Counted from the stretch's first letter, positions 1 to 9,916 are shown. The stretch: 64,000 nucleotides of DNA from an uncultured Planctomycetia bacterium (GCA_964373715.1 CAYJVR010000001.1:149164-213163); one strand, 5' to 3'. The notes: generated by a model not told the origin, from the sequence alone. Program-made: numbers and translations.

Positions 1-846
1 AGTGTTCACGGCCAGTGGACCCAGGCCAAAGTCCTCGTTAAGGAGCTGGGTCTTCACACCGTCTGCGAAGAGGCCCGCTGTCCAAACCTCGGAGAGTGTT
101 GGTCCCACGGGAACGTCAGCTTCATGATTCTCGGGGACAAATGCACCCGGCGTTGCTCGTTTTGTTCGGTGGCGACCGCGAAGCCGTCTCCTGTGGATGT
201 GCTGGAACCTCAGAGGCTCGCGGAGGCAATAAACCGCCTGGGCCTTCAGTATGCTGTTGTCACGTCGGTTGCCAGAGATGATTTGGCCGATGAGGGCAGC
301 GGCATTTTTGCCGATTGCGTTCGCGAGATCAAAAAACGAACCCCTTTAGTGAAAGTGGAAGTTTTAGTGCCCGACTTCCATGGCCGTAGAGAGCTCATTA
401 AAACGGTGGTGGATTCCGGCCCGGATGTTTACAATCACAATGTGGAAACGGTTTTTCGGTTTTCACGGGAGATCCGTCCTCAGGCCGATTATGGCCGGTC
501 CCTCGACGTGTTGCGGGTTGCCAGGGAATTGGGCGGTCCGGATATGAAAACAAAAAGCGGCCTGATGGTGGGACTCGGGGAGAAACCGCAAGAGATTCGG
601 CAGGCAATGGTGGATCTTCGCTCCGCGGATTGCGACATCTTGACGATCGGCCAGTATCTTCAGCCGACGTCGGCGCACAGAAAGATTACTGAGTTTGTGA
701 CGTTGGAACAATTTGAAGAATACCGCTCTTGGGGTAAGGAGCTTGGTTTCTCGTTTGTGGCAAGCGGCCCTTATATCCGGTCTTCGTACAATGCGTACGA
801 AGCGTTTTCCGGTCAGGAGGGAATTCATTTGAAGGAGGTCTCTTAA
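1..846 (+). CDS. lipA: lipoyl synthase, 5'-truncated at window edge
   Basis: Frame open from nt 1. Translation contains CPNLGECW and CTRRCSFC radical-SAM cysteine motifs and a C-terminal region typical of LipA. Confidence 0.9.
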   Translation, partial: SVHGQWTQAKVLVKELGLHTVCEEARCPNLGECWSHGNVSFMILGDKCTRRCSFCSVATAKPSPVDVLEPQRLAEAINRLGLQYAVVTSVARDDLADEGSGIFADCVREIKKRTPLVKVEVLVPDFHGRRELIKTVVDSGPDVYNHNVETVFRFSREIRPQADYGRSLDVLRVARELGGPDMKTKSGLMVGLGEKPQEIRQAMVDLRSADCDILTIGQYLQPTSAHRKITEFVTLEQFEEYRSWGKELGFSFVASGPYIRSSYNAYEAFSGQEGIHLKEVS

Positions 847-851
847 ACGGC

Positions 852-2039
852 ATGTTAGAAGCCAACCGGATGAAGCGGTTGCCTCTGTACCTGTTCACCA
901 TCATGGATGAATTTAAGGCACGGGCGATTGCCAAGGGGGTGGATGTCATTGACTTGGGAATGGGCAACCCTGATTTACCCAGCCCGCCTCACGTCGTGGA
1001 AGCGCTCTGCCAAGCGGCGCGCAAGCCGGAGAACCACGGTTATTCCCGTCCCCATGGGGATGTGGAAAAACGGCTGAGAAAAGCGATTGCCGACTGGTAT
1101 ATGCAGCGCTTCAACGTTGAACTGAATCCGGCAACGGAGGTTTTGCCGCTCATAGGTTCTAAAGAGGGTATTGCCCATCTGGCGCTGGCTTTTCTCAACA
1201 GCGATGATTTTGGCCTGGTCCCTAATCCGACATACCCTCCTCATGCCAACAGCATTATTATGGCCGGCGGCATTCTTTACAATATGCCGATCGGCCCCGA
1301 AAACGGTTACAAGCCGAACTTCAAAGCCCTCAGCCGCGACGTGGTCAAGATGTCGAAGATCTTTCATGTGAGCTATCCGCATAACCCAACAGCGGCCTGC
1401 GTTGATCTTGATTTCTATAAAGAGCTTGTTGAATGGGGCAAAGAGAAAAACTTGATCTTATGCTCTGATTTGGCGTATTCCGACATTGTTTTCGACGGCT
1501 ATAAAGCCCCGAGCATCTTCCAGGTCAAGGGAGCAAAGGAAGGCAACTGCATCGAGTTCCACACTGTTTCCAAGAGCTACAACATGGCGGGTTGGAGGAT
1601 CGGATGGGCGGTAGGAAACTCGCAGATTCTTCGTTCCCTCGAAAAGACAAAGTCTTACATTGATTTCGGCCTTTTCCGGGCCGTGCAGGAGGCGGCGATT
1701 GCGGCTTTGACCGGTCCTCAGGATTACGTTAAGAATTTGGTCGAAACCTATCGGAAGCGGGTGGAGTTCTTCGTGGATGGCTTGAACAACATCGGCTGGA
1801 AAGTGGAGAAGCCGAAAGCCACCTTCTATATTTGGACCCATCTGCCGGCAAAATTCAGCGGGATCACTTCGTTGGAATTTGTCCAGCTGCTGGTGGATGA
1901 GGCGGGTGTTGTGGTGGCGCCCGGAACCGGTTTCGGGGAGTACGGGGAAGGGTACGTCCGGTTCGCGCTCGTTCAGTCTGAGGAAAGGCTTAAAATCGCT
2001 CTCGAGAGAATCAAGAGGGTTTTGGCGATATCTTCTTAA
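852..2039 (+). CDS. PLP-dependent aminotransferase, class I fold (AspC/AlaT/LL-DAP aminotransferase-like)
   Basis: 395 aa. N-terminus LPLYLF..GVDVIDLGMGNPDLP and SKSYNMAGWRIGW (lysine-PLP region) are typical of class I aminotransferases. Exact substrate not determinable. Confidence 0.65.
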   Translation: MLEANRMKRLPLYLFTIMDEFKARAIAKGVDVIDLGMGNPDLPSPPHVVEALCQAARKPENHGYSRPHGDVEKRLRKAIADWYMQRFNVELNPATEVLPLIGSKEGIAHLALAFLNSDDFGLVPNPTYPPHANSIIMAGGILYNMPIGPENGYKPNFKALSRDVVKMSKIFHVSYPHNPTAACVDLDFYKELVEWGKEKNLILCSDLAYSDIVFDGYKAPSIFQVKGAKEGNCIEFHTVSKSYNMAGWRIGWAVGNSQILRSLEKTKSYIDFGLFRAVQEAAIAALTGPQDYVKNLVETYRKRVEFFVDGLNNIGWKVEKPKATFYIWTHLPAKFSGITSLEFVQLLVDEAGVVVAPGTGFGEYGEGYVRFALVQSEERLKIALERIKRVLAISS

Positions 2040-2061
2040 TGTCCTAAAGCCAGAGGATTCT

Positions 2062-3174
2062 ATGCATAAGAAGATCATGATCATGTACATTACGGTCCGG
2101 TCAGGGCATTACCACGCTGCCCAGGCTATTGAGAAAGGGATCCGTTTCTATCAACCCGATGCAGAGATCATCACTGTTGACACCTTCCAGTACCTGAATC
2201 CAATTCTCGCTCGGATCATTGACAGACTTTACCTCTCCGTTGTGCAAAAACTCCCGGAGTTGTGGGATTACCTGTATGACAACCCCAAGGTCATCAAACG
2301 GTCGGATTGGCTGATGCAACTGCTGCACCGGTACGATTCTCCCCGGCTTAAAACACTGATGCAGGATTTTAACCCAGACTCCGTGGTTTGCACCCAGGCA
2401 TTTCCTTGCGGGCTTGTGGCGGACTACAAAAGAGAGCACCGGGTCAATATGCCGCTTTATGGTGTGATCACCGATTTTTCTCCTCACGCTTACTGGGTTC
2501 ATGACACGGTGGATGGATACATCGTGCCGGTTGAAGAAAGCCGTGAGTGGCTCGCCAACCACCGGATTTCCCCTAAAAACGTTCATGTGCTGGGTATTCC
2601 AATCGATCCCCGATTCTCGGAATTCCCCAACGTCGAGCAAATCCGCAAGAGGCTTCAGCTTTCCGGCAATCTGCCGACCATACTTCTTATGGGAGGCGGG
2701 CAGGGGCTTGGTCCCATGCTTGAAGCGGTTGAAGCACTTGATTCGATTACCCGGCCGATGCAGCTGCTTGTGGTGACGGGTTCCAACGAAAAGCTTTACC
2801 ACCGTCTGATCAAAATGGTTCCGAAACTCAAGCACTCGGTCCAGGTTTTCGGCCACGTTGAGTTCATCGCCGATCTGATGAGCGTTTCTTCCTTGATCAT
2901 CACGAAACCGGGAGGATTAACGACATCAGAAGCCCTTGCTAAAGGGCTGCCGATTGTCGTTTTAAATCCTCTCCCCGGTCAGGAGGTCAAGAACTGTGAT
3001 TTCTTGGTTGAGGCAAAAGTTGCTCGGAAAGCGCCTAATCTTGAGGAATTGCCCCGAGTCGTCCAACAGCTGATAGACAATCCGCACGAACTTCAGTCCC
3101 TTGCCGCGAATGCGAGGAAGATTGGTAAGCCGAAGTCGGCGTTGGATACGGCTCGGCTCGCGTTGGAAAACTGA
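2062..3174 (+). CDS. MGDG-synthase-like / GT28-family glycosyltransferase (diacylglycerol glycosyltransferase)
   Basis: Internal ATG (MHKKIMIMYIT...) just after the aminotransferase stop. N-terminal MGDG_synth-like region plus C-terminal GT28 GT-B fold (LLMGGGQGLGP, ITKPGGLTTSEAL). Confidence 0.6.
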   Translation: MHKKIMIMYITVRSGHYHAAQAIEKGIRFYQPDAEIITVDTFQYLNPILARIIDRLYLSVVQKLPELWDYLYDNPKVIKRSDWLMQLLHRYDSPRLKTLMQDFNPDSVVCTQAFPCGLVADYKREHRVNMPLYGVITDFSPHAYWVHDTVDGYIVPVEESREWLANHRISPKNVHVLGIPIDPRFSEFPNVEQIRKRLQLSGNLPTILLMGGGQGLGPMLEAVEALDSITRPMQLLVVTGSNEKLYHRLIKMVPKLKHSVQVFGHVEFIADLMSVSSLIITKPGGLTTSEALAKGLPIVVLNPLPGQEVKNCDFLVEAKVARKAPNLEELPRVVQQLIDNPHELQSLAANARKIGKPKSALDTARLALEN

Positions 3175-3191
3175 GATCGTTTGAGGGAGGC

Positions 3192-4076
3192 GTGTTTTTC
3201 TACCTTTTCTATTGGCTTGGTTCAAGGGCCGCTCTGCTGTTGCCCTTAAAGGTCTCTTATTGGATTGCCAGCCGAACCGCCGATTTTTGGAGCAGAAGGT
3301 CCCTTGTGGACCGGGAAGCGGTCCGGTTGAATCTCTGCGCCGTACTGAACACCGATCAAATTTCTCCCGAGATGGTCAACGAAGTTTTCCGAAACTTCGC
3401 CAAGTACCTCGTTGATTTTTTTCGTTTCAGCAGTCTGACCCCTCAAAGATTGCGGAGCCTCGTTCGGATAGAGGGTTTGGAAAATATGAAGGCTGCCTTA
3501 TCGCAAGGGCGGGGAGCGATCGGGCTGACCGCGCACCTGGGGAATTTCGAGCTTGCCGGAGCCGTCCTTTCCCTGATGGGCATGTCGGTCAACGCTGTTG
3601 TTTTGACCCATCAAAATTCCCGGGTGGACGCGTTCTTTACGCGGCAAAGAAACCGGGTCGGTGTCAAAATAATCCCGATCCAAAAACAAACCCCCAGGGA
3701 GTTTTACGTCAAATGCGTTTCTGCTTTGCGCGGCGGGGAGATCCTTGCTCTCGTGGGGGACAGGGACTTCTTCAGCCATGGTTTGGAGCTGCCGTTGTTC
3801 GGGAAAACGATTAAGGTTCCGACGGGGCCAGCAAATTTCAGCCTGAAGACTGGTGCTCCGATTGTTCCGGGTTTTCTCGTCAGGGAAAAGGATGGGTCGT
3901 ATAGTCTTTTCTTTGAGAAGCCGATTGCCATCCCCCGAGGGATACCAAGAGAAGAGGCTGAAAAACAGATGACGCAAGCCTGCCTGAACGTGATGGCGCA
4001 GTACATACGCAGGTATCCCACTCAGTGGTATGGGTTCCGGGAATTCTGGAGGCAAATCCCTGCCGTCATCATTTAA
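3192..4076 (+). CDS. LpxL/HtrB-family (lysophospholipid/lipid A) acyltransferase
   Basis: 294 aa. N-terminal hydrophobic anchor, conserved HLGNFEL (HX4E-type acyltransferase motif) and a region like the C-terminal RYPTQWY motif. Confidence 0.6.
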   Translation: MFFYLFYWLGSRAALLLPLKVSYWIASRTADFWSRRSLVDREAVRLNLCAVLNTDQISPEMVNEVFRNFAKYLVDFFRFSSLTPQRLRSLVRIEGLENMKAALSQGRGAIGLTAHLGNFELAGAVLSLMGMSVNAVVLTHQNSRVDAFFTRQRNRVGVKIIPIQKQTPREFYVKCVSALRGGEILALVGDRDFFSHGLELPLFGKTIKVPTGPANFSLKTGAPIVPGFLVREKDGSYSLFFEKPIAIPRGIPREEAEKQMTQACLNVMAQYIRRYPTQWYGFREFWRQIPAVII

Positions 4077-4083
4077 CTCTTTT

Positions 4084-4779
4084 ATGTCCGAAAGAATTTC
4101 TCATCTGGCGGCGCAGACCTGCGTTGTTATACCGGCTTATCAAGCTGAAGAGATGGTTGCGCCGCTCGTCAAGTCAATCTGTTCTCAGGGGCTAACCGTT
4201 ATTGTGGTGGATGACGCTTCGATCGATGCTACCGCCCGGAAAGCGGAGGAGGCCGGCGCGGTAGTGATCCGGCGGCCTGTCAACGGCGGCAAGGGAGCAG
4301 CTCTTCGCCAGGGGCTGAGTGAGGCTTTAAATGGGAAGTTTCAGTGGTTTCTCACGATAGACGCGGATGGGCAGCATCTTCCCGAGGAGCTTGCTCTCTT
4401 TCTTGCGGAGGCTGACGGCGGTGCCTACGACCTTATTGTCGGCAACCGGATGTGGAACCCCAGAGAAATGCCGTTTGAAAGGTGCTTTACCAATTGGTTT
4501 ATGTCCCGCCTCCTTTTCCGCATCACAAAACAGCGCGTGCCGGACACCCAGTGCGGTTACCGAATTGTTTCCCGCCGCGTGCTGGAGAATATCTGCCTGA
4601 CGGCTGACCATTACGAGATCGATTCCGAATTTGTTGTTAAAGCCGCGTGGGCCGGTTTTGCCATAAAATCAATTCCAATCAGCTCCGTCTATAGGCGGGA
4701 GTTAAGTTTCATCCGGCCCCTTCAAGATACGGTCCGTTTTTTCCGGTTCCTGGCCACTATCAAACGGCCCTCCGTATGA
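4084..4779 (+). CDS. family 2 glycosyltransferase
   Basis: CVVIPAYQAEE...VVDDAS.D.T and a DAD motif, GT-A fold signature. Start set at the ATG after the upstream stop. Confidence 0.6.
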   Translation: MSERISHLAAQTCVVIPAYQAEEMVAPLVKSICSQGLTVIVVDDASIDATARKAEEAGAVVIRRPVNGGKGAALRQGLSEALNGKFQWFLTIDADGQHLPEELALFLAEADGGAYDLIVGNRMWNPREMPFERCFTNWFMSRLLFRITKQRVPDTQCGYRIVSRRVLENICLTADHYEIDSEFVVKAAWAGFAIKSIPISSVYRRELSFIRPLQDTVRFFRFLATIKRPSV

Positions 4780-5447
4780 ATTTTGACGAGGAGCGCGATC
4801 GGATGGCAGAACAGATTTCTTCCAAGAGCGTCAAAGACAAAAGGATTCTTGAAGCCTTCCGGAAAGTTCCGCGCCATCTGTTTCTCCCGGAGAATGTGCG
4901 GTTCCGCAGCTATGAGGACAAGCCTTTTCCGATTGGCGCTGACCAGACAATCTCCCAGCCCTCGCTGGTCGCTCAGATGATCGAACTTCTTTCCTTGCCG
5001 TCTCACGCGCGCGTGTTGGAGGTAGGAACCGGATCCGGGTATGAAACGGCTCTTTTGGCTGAACTGGTCTCTGAGGTCTATTCGATCGAAAGGATACCTT
5101 TTCTGGCGGAGTCCGCGTGCCGGCTTCTGAAAGATCAGGGGTACAAAAATATTGAGGTGCGAGTGGGGGATGGTACGGGTGGATGGCCGGAGAAGGCCCC
5201 TTTTGACGGCATCCTCGTTGCGGCATCCGCTCCGATGCTGCCGGAACCTCTTTTGAACCAGCTGATTGAGGGAGGGCGTTTGGTTATTCCGATCGGCTCG
5301 GCCGATTCCCAAACCCTTACGATGGTCATCCGTAAAGAGGGAAAATTTATGGCTCACGACCTCTGTAAGTGCCTCTTTGTCCCGTTGATTGGTAAGCATG
5401 CCTGGCGGGAAGAGCCTTCCACGCATGAGCATCTACACGACGTTTGA
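4776..5447 (+). CDS. pcm: protein-L-isoaspartate O-methyltransferase
   Basis: ATGA start/stop overlap with the upstream gene. PRHLFLP, QTISQPSLVA and VLEVGTGSGY (SAM-binding) are hallmarks of PCMT. Confidence 0.85.
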   Translation: MNFDEERDRMAEQISSKSVKDKRILEAFRKVPRHLFLPENVRFRSYEDKPFPIGADQTISQPSLVAQMIELLSLPSHARVLEVGTGSGYETALLAELVSEVYSIERIPFLAESACRLLKDQGYKNIEVRVGDGTGGWPEKAPFDGILVAASAPMLPEPLLNQLIEGGRLVIPIGSADSQTLTMVIRKEGKFMAHDLCKCLFVPLIGKHAWREEPSTHEHLHDV

Positions 5448-5544
5448 TATGAATGACGGTGAAGATCTCCTCATCTCCGCGTCATTTTTCAAGATTTTGC
5501 TTGACCTCCGTTCTTCCCGCGTGATACAAACCTTCTAAGACAAC

Positions 5545-5720
5545 AGATACCGTGTGAGGGAAGCCTGTCAAAAACAGGCGCGGCCCCGCCACTGTAGTCC
5601 CGCCTCCGCCAAAGATTTCCGGCGGAGATGTTTTCAGCGCAAACAAGCCACTGTCCGGCCGAAAACTTGGATGGGAAGGCGTGCTGAAAGCGGGAAAGCC
5701 AGGAGACCTCGCGGTGTCAG
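5545..5720 (+). promoter_or_regulatory. cobalamin (B12) riboswitch aptamer in the 5' leader of a TonB-dependent receptor gene
   Basis: Reads AGGGAAgcCtGT...GCgGCCCcGCCACTGTA ... GCCACTG ... GGGAAGGC ... AGCCAGGAGACCTcGC. It matches the cobalamin riboswitch core, the B12 box and the 3' GCCACTG element in the correct order. A duplicated cgaggggg near the RBS could sequester the SD. Confidence 0.7.
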
Positions 5721-5838
5721 TATAACCTGCAGTCGCATCGAGTTCCTTCGAGGGGGAGGAACAAGGCTAATTCAGCATTCCCGCCTTCTTTTCCCTCGGG
5801 TTCTCGTCGGATTGCCTTACTCGAGGGGGTTAATAAGG

Positions 5839-7809
5839 ATGAATTATCTCCGCGCTGTTTCTGTCGTCGCCGCTGTTTCTCTCCTGTCCGTTTCTGCCGT
5901 TTATGCCGAAGAGCAAACCTCTGAGGGAAAACCTATTTCGCTGGGGGACCTTCTCATCTCCCCGCGCCGGATTCCAGGAATAGGGATCGAGGAGTCTAAG
6001 TTTGCCGGAAGTGCCACCGTGATCACAGAAGAGGAAATCAGGCGCTCGGGCGCTTCCGGGATTATCGAGCTTTTGGCCCATCAATCGGGCATCAGTCTCC
6101 TTGATTCCAGGGGGAGCGGGCTCGGCGCCGACTCGGGGGTAGGCCTCAGGGGGTTTGCCAACGGTTCCCGCACCAACGCCTTGGTTTTGGTCAACGGCGT
6201 TAGGCAGAACAGGATCACGTCGGACGACATCCACTGGCTCTCCATACCGGCCGAGCAGATTGCGCGGATAGAGGTCATCCGGGGCGGCGCGGGCACGATT
6301 TACGGGGAGGGGGCTTTGGGCGGCGTCATCAACATCATCACCAAAGAGGGGGGCACTCGCCCGATCCAGGCGGAAGGCTCCGCGGAAGCGGGCAGCTATC
6401 TTCACCGGAGGGTCACATCGATCGTGCGCGGTGCGAAGGACAAGTTTTCCTACAGCTTGGGAGTGACGCGCGAAGAGGATGGGGGTTACCGGGACCGTGT
6501 TGTTTCCCGGGGGACGACGGTTAATTTTTTCACCGGTTGGGACCCGACCGCAGATACCCAACTGAAGTTCCATGTCCGTCATCACGCGGACACAAGCGGT
6601 TTCGCCGGCGGCATCACCCCGCAGACGGCGGAGGCGGACCGCCGCCATGCCGGAACATTCGCCGGTTTCTTCGAGGATAATATCAACGAAATATCGGGCC
6701 AGCTGACCCAGGAGATCGGGACCTCTTGGACGGTGAGCGGCAATCTTTTTGTCACGGACAGGGATTCCGATTCTGTGACAACCTCCCGGTTCGGTTCGGA
6801 TACTCACACAGCAGGGACGGGACTCAGGGCCAGCAACGAGATAGGGGAAGGTATATGGCAGCTGACCAGCATCGCCGGGACCGATTTGTCTAGAGACAAA
6901 GCGGTGACCGGCGACCGGGGCGGTCTCAAATCCGAGTCGAACCGCTGGGCCTACGGTCTCTTTATTGAGGAGGCACTGGAGCTTTACGAGCGCTTGACGG
7001 TGACGCTTGGGTTTCGCTACGACAGGAGCCATTACGAAGAAGACCTGACCTTCCCGACATTTGTCGGTTCTCTCCATTTCGAGGGGAGATCTCCGAAAAT
7101 CGGCATCAACTACGAGGTGAATGATCAGCTGAACTTCTATACAAGCGCTGCCCGAGCATTCAAGGCGCCTAATATTGATGACCTCGACGCTGTACTGCCT
7201 CCGTACAACGACTCGGTCGGCCTGAAGCCCCAGCAGGCGGACCATTTTGAAGCCGGCGCTCGCTGGAACCCGGCCACATGGCTCCGGACCGGCATTGCCG
7301 GATTCATTATCCACACGAAGGACGAGATCCTTTTTAACCCGTACACATTCTTCAATGCGAATTTTACGACGCGCCGCGCGGGTCTGGAACTCAACATGGA
7401 CGGGGAGATCAAGGGGATTTCCTATTACGCCACGTACACGTTGATGAAAGCGCTGTTCCATAAAGGCGCTTTTACAGGCTATGAGGTTCCGCTGATTCCT
7501 CGCCACCGGGGAACGGCGGGAGTACGCGTGCCTGTCGCGAGAAATTTATCGGCCTCCGTTGATCTCCTGCTGGTCGGTAAGCAGTTCCGTGTCAATGATT
7601 TCAACAACCTGTTCCAGGCCAACGGTTATAGTGTTCTGGACGGAACGCTTGAATACAAATTCCCGAAGGTGAAGCCTTACTTCAAGGTGCTGAATATGCT
7701 TGATCAAGAGTATGAAGCCTCTCCGGCTTCAAACGGCACAAACATCACAACGGGCGTCAATCCGGCGCTGCCGCGAACCTGGGTGGCGGGTGTGTCGTGG
7801 GAATGGTAA
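5839..7809 (+). CDS. TonB-dependent outer-membrane receptor (BtuB-like, inferred from the riboswitch)
   Basis: Signal peptide MNYLRAVSVVAAVSLLSVSAVYA. Plug domain with a TonB-box-like region. C-terminal beta-barrel ending in aromatic W (AGVSWEW). The ORF-track extension 5554-5838 is the riboswitch, not coding. Confidence 0.8.
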   Translation: MNYLRAVSVVAAVSLLSVSAVYAEEQTSEGKPISLGDLLISPRRIPGIGIEESKFAGSATVITEEEIRRSGASGIIELLAHQSGISLLDSRGSGLGADSGVGLRGFANGSRTNALVLVNGVRQNRITSDDIHWLSIPAEQIARIEVIRGGAGTIYGEGALGGVINIITKEGGTRPIQAEGSAEAGSYLHRRVTSIVRGAKDKFSYSLGVTREEDGGYRDRVVSRGTTVNFFTGWDPTADTQLKFHVRHHADTSGFAGGITPQTAEADRRHAGTFAGFFEDNINEISGQLTQEIGTSWTVSGNLFVTDRDSDSVTTSRFGSDTHTAGTGLRASNEIGEGIWQLTSIAGTDLSRDKAVTGDRGGLKSESNRWAYGLFIEEALELYERLTVTLGFRYDRSHYEEDLTFPTFVGSLHFEGRSPKIGINYEVNDQLNFYTSAARAFKAPNIDDLDAVLPPYNDSVGLKPQQADHFEAGARWNPATWLRTGIAGFIIHTKDEILFNPYTFFNANFTTRRAGLELNMDGEIKGISYYATYTLMKALFHKGAFTGYEVPLIPRHRGTAGVRVPVARNLSASVDLLLVGKQFRVNDFNNLFQANGYSVLDGTLEYKFPKVKPYFKVLNMLDQEYEASPASNGTNITTGVNPALPRTWVAGVSWEW

Positions 7810-7870
7810 AAGGTCGTCTCGTCCTGTTTCTTTTGGTATAGTAAAGAAGCGATTTTCAAGAGGAGATCCT

Positions 7871-8407
7871 ATGCAACAAATTGCACTGCCCGTTTTCTTT
7901 GTGGTTCTTTCGGTGATTCTCCGGTTGTTGCCTCATGCCTGGAATGTGGCGCCGGTGATCGGCGTGGGGCTTTTCTGCGGGGCCTATCTCCCTCGCCGGT
8001 GGGCTCTCGTTGTTCCTGTCTTGGCGATGGCGGCGGGGGATCTCCTGCTTGGGTGGATCCCGGAACATCTTTTCGGCTGGGTCGCCGTTTTGTTGAGTGC
8101 TTTTATAGGTTTTGCCTTGAGACACAAGCGGACTCCTCTGCGTGTTGCCGGGGCTTCCTTTTTCGGGTCCACCATTTTCTTCCTGTTGTCGAATTTCGGT
8201 GTCTGGGCGGTTGGGTGCGGCAGAGGTTTTTACCCTCCCACATGGGAAGGTCTTGCCGCGTGCTATGCCGCCGGGATTCCCTTCTATAGAAACGGCATTG
8301 CCGGTGATCTTCTTTACGCCGGTATCTTATTCGGCAGCTACGAGTTCCTGTTCCGATGGTCCTCCCGGGCATCAACGGTCGAAATCGCCGTTTCCAAGCA
8401 GCCCTGA
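7871..8407 (+). CDS. small polytopic membrane protein (candidate vitamin/B12 ECF-S-like or BtuM-like transporter)
   Basis: Start MQQIALPVFF with RBS aggaga. About 5-6 predicted TM helices over 178 aa. Sits between the B12-riboswitch-controlled receptor and two TonB genes. Function inferred from context only. Confidence 0.4.
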   Translation: MQQIALPVFFVVLSVILRLLPHAWNVAPVIGVGLFCGAYLPRRWALVVPVLAMAAGDLLLGWIPEHLFGWVAVLLSAFIGFALRHKRTPLRVAGASFFGSTIFFLLSNFGVWAVGCGRGFYPPTWEGLAACYAAGIPFYRNGIAGDLLYAGILFGSYEFLFRWSSRASTVEIAVSKQP

Positions 8408-8997
8408 TTCTGTCCCTCCTTTTTCACGGAGTCGTGGGTGCGGCCGGGACGGGATGGATATCCGGCAGCCCTTCGCGGGACCAGGAGGATCTTTCTTCTT
8501 TGTTTACGGCGGCGAAAGAGGCAGGTTCTTTGACCACGTTTGTTTATGTGGAGACAACGGGGGATACTCTCCAGCTTTCCAGAAAGGCAGGAAGCAGCCC
8601 TCCTGCCGCAAGCGCGGAAGATGAGCAGCGTTCTGTGCTGAAAGAAGAATCGGCGGTTTCCTTAAAAAACGGAGCATTCGCGTTCGATGGTTCCCAAGAC
8701 AGCGCTCTGCAGCCCTATCTGGACCAGCTGCGCGGAAAGATCGCCCTGGCGGTCCGTTCATCAGGAAATGGTTTCGGCGGCGATGTTCTCCTCCATTTTG
8801 TGCTCGATAAGAGCGGGAATTTGGAATCTGTCGGACTTATACCGGACAAAAACATGTCGGACGTTTCCCTCCAGCAGAAGGCTCTCCTCGGTGTGAAGTC
8901 GGCCGCTCCTTTCCCGCCGCTGCCGGAAGCTTGGCCGAAGAGAAACACCTCTTTCACTATCCGTTTGATCTTTCGTCCTCAGGAGTTTTCCGGGTGA
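8356..8997 (+). CDS. TonB-family energy transducer
   Basis: Short cytoplasmic N-terminus, single TM (AALILSLLFHGVVGAAG), linker, and C-terminal TonB_C-like domain (VLLHFVLDKSGNLESVGL...). Confidence 0.55.
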   Translation: MVLPGINGRNRRFQAALILSLLFHGVVGAAGTGWISGSPSRDQEDLSSLFTAAKEAGSLTTFVYVETTGDTLQLSRKAGSSPPAASAEDEQRSVLKEESAVSLKNGAFAFDGSQDSALQPYLDQLRGKIALAVRSSGNGFGGDVLLHFVLDKSGNLESVGLIPDKNMSDVSLQQKALLGVKSAAPFPPLPEAWPKRNTSFTIRLIFRPQEFSG

Positions 8998-9704
8998 ATT
9001 TAAAATCCGCGGTTCTCTTGTCACTCATGATTCATCTCGGTTTCTTGGGGATTCGGCCTCCTGCCGGTATTGTCCCGCCGCGTGAAACGCTGAACTCAAT
9101 CGAGGTCACTTATCAATCCGCGGAAGAGAGGGTGCAGAGGAACCGCGGCAGGGAAAACGCCGTTGTTTCACGGGAAAACCCCCGGAAGGAGCCGGCGAAG
9201 CCCCCGCCATCCTTGGCCTCCTCTCGCGAACCGGTTCAGCCTTTAAAACCGACTGGTGAACCGAAGAGTCTGCCGCGAAACCAGACTCGGCCGAGCCCCT
9301 CGGCGCAGGCGCCAAGGCCTGAGGTGAAAATCGGCGCGGAGGAAGAGTCTCAAAACTCTTCCGTTTCTGTCCCGAAAGGGATGGCGGCCGGCCTGGCCGA
9401 ATCGGCCTTTGCCGCGGTCGAATACAAGAAGCTGGTGCGCCAGCAGTTAAAGAACCGTCTTGCGTATCCCTTAATCGGGATAGAGGGAACGGTCAAGGTG
9501 CACCTTGTGGTGAACCCGGATGGGCTCCTTAAGCAGGTGGAGATCATGGAGTATTCCGATCGCCGGCTTGCCGAGGCCGCTTTGGACGGGATCCGCTCGG
9601 CCGCTCCATATCCCCGTTTTCCAAAAGAGATGCAGGCAGACTCGCAAGATTTTGATTTTCTCGTCCAGTACTGCCTCGGCCTCGACGAGCTTGACTCCCT
9701 CTGA
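8994..9704 (+). CDS. TonB-family protein (Pro-rich linker plus TonB C-terminal domain)
   Basis: GTG start overlapping the upstream stop. TM LLSLMIHLGFLG. Pro/Lys-rich spacer. C-terminal GTVKVHLVVNPDGLLKQVEIMEYSD typical of TonB_C. Confidence 0.6.
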   Translation: MNLKSAVLLSLMIHLGFLGIRPPAGIVPPRETLNSIEVTYQSAEERVQRNRGRENAVVSRENPRKEPAKPPPSLASSREPVQPLKPTGEPKSLPRNQTRPSPSAQAPRPEVKIGAEEESQNSSVSVPKGMAAGLAESAFAAVEYKKLVRQQLKNRLAYPLIGIEGTVKVHLVVNPDGLLKQVEIMEYSDRRLAEAALDGIRSAAPYPRFPKEMQADSQDFDFLVQYCLGLDELDSL

Positions 9705-9745
9705 GCTCTGCTGTATCATATAAAAAATAGGAGAGTTATGATCAT

Positions 9746-9916
9746 ATGCCAGTTGTAGAAGTTCGTGAAAATGAGCCTCTCGAAAAGGCTTTGCGCCGTT
9801 TAAAGAAGAAGGTGGAGCGGGAAGGAATTCTCAAGGTAGTCCGGGCTCGGAAGCATTATGAGAAGCCGTCGGTGGTCCGGCGACGCAAGCTTCGAGAAGG
9901 CCGCAGACGAAGTTAA
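9746..9916 (+). CDS. rpsU: 30S ribosomal protein S21
   Basis: 56 aa, [42 protein letters not shown]..., a close match to S21. Below the 60-aa cutoff of the ORF track. RBS aggaga upstream. Confidence 0.85.
   Translation: MPVVEVRENEPLEKALRRLKKKVEREGILKVVRARKHYEKPSVVRRRKLREGRRRS

Noticed and set aside
1879-2061. Upstream extension of the GT28 ORF overlapping the aminotransferase gene by 160 nt
   Set aside because: Overlap too long. The extension is Trp/Arg-rich with no homology. The ATG at 2062 follows the aminotransferase stop and begins the conserved domain.
5554-5838. N-terminal 95-aa extension of the TonB-receptor ORF in the six-frame track (MREACQKQARPRHC...)
   Set aside because: Region is Arg/Cys-rich with no signal peptide, and it coincides exactly with the cobalamin riboswitch. 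The real start is the ATG at 5839 preceding a classic signal peptide.
5830-7506. 558-aa antisense ORF inside the TonB-dependent receptor gene (and many other long minus-strand ORFs opposite + strand genes)
   Set aside because: Typical spurious open frames of high-GC DNA. Arg/Pro/Gly-rich with no domain signatures, and they overlap strongly supported genes.
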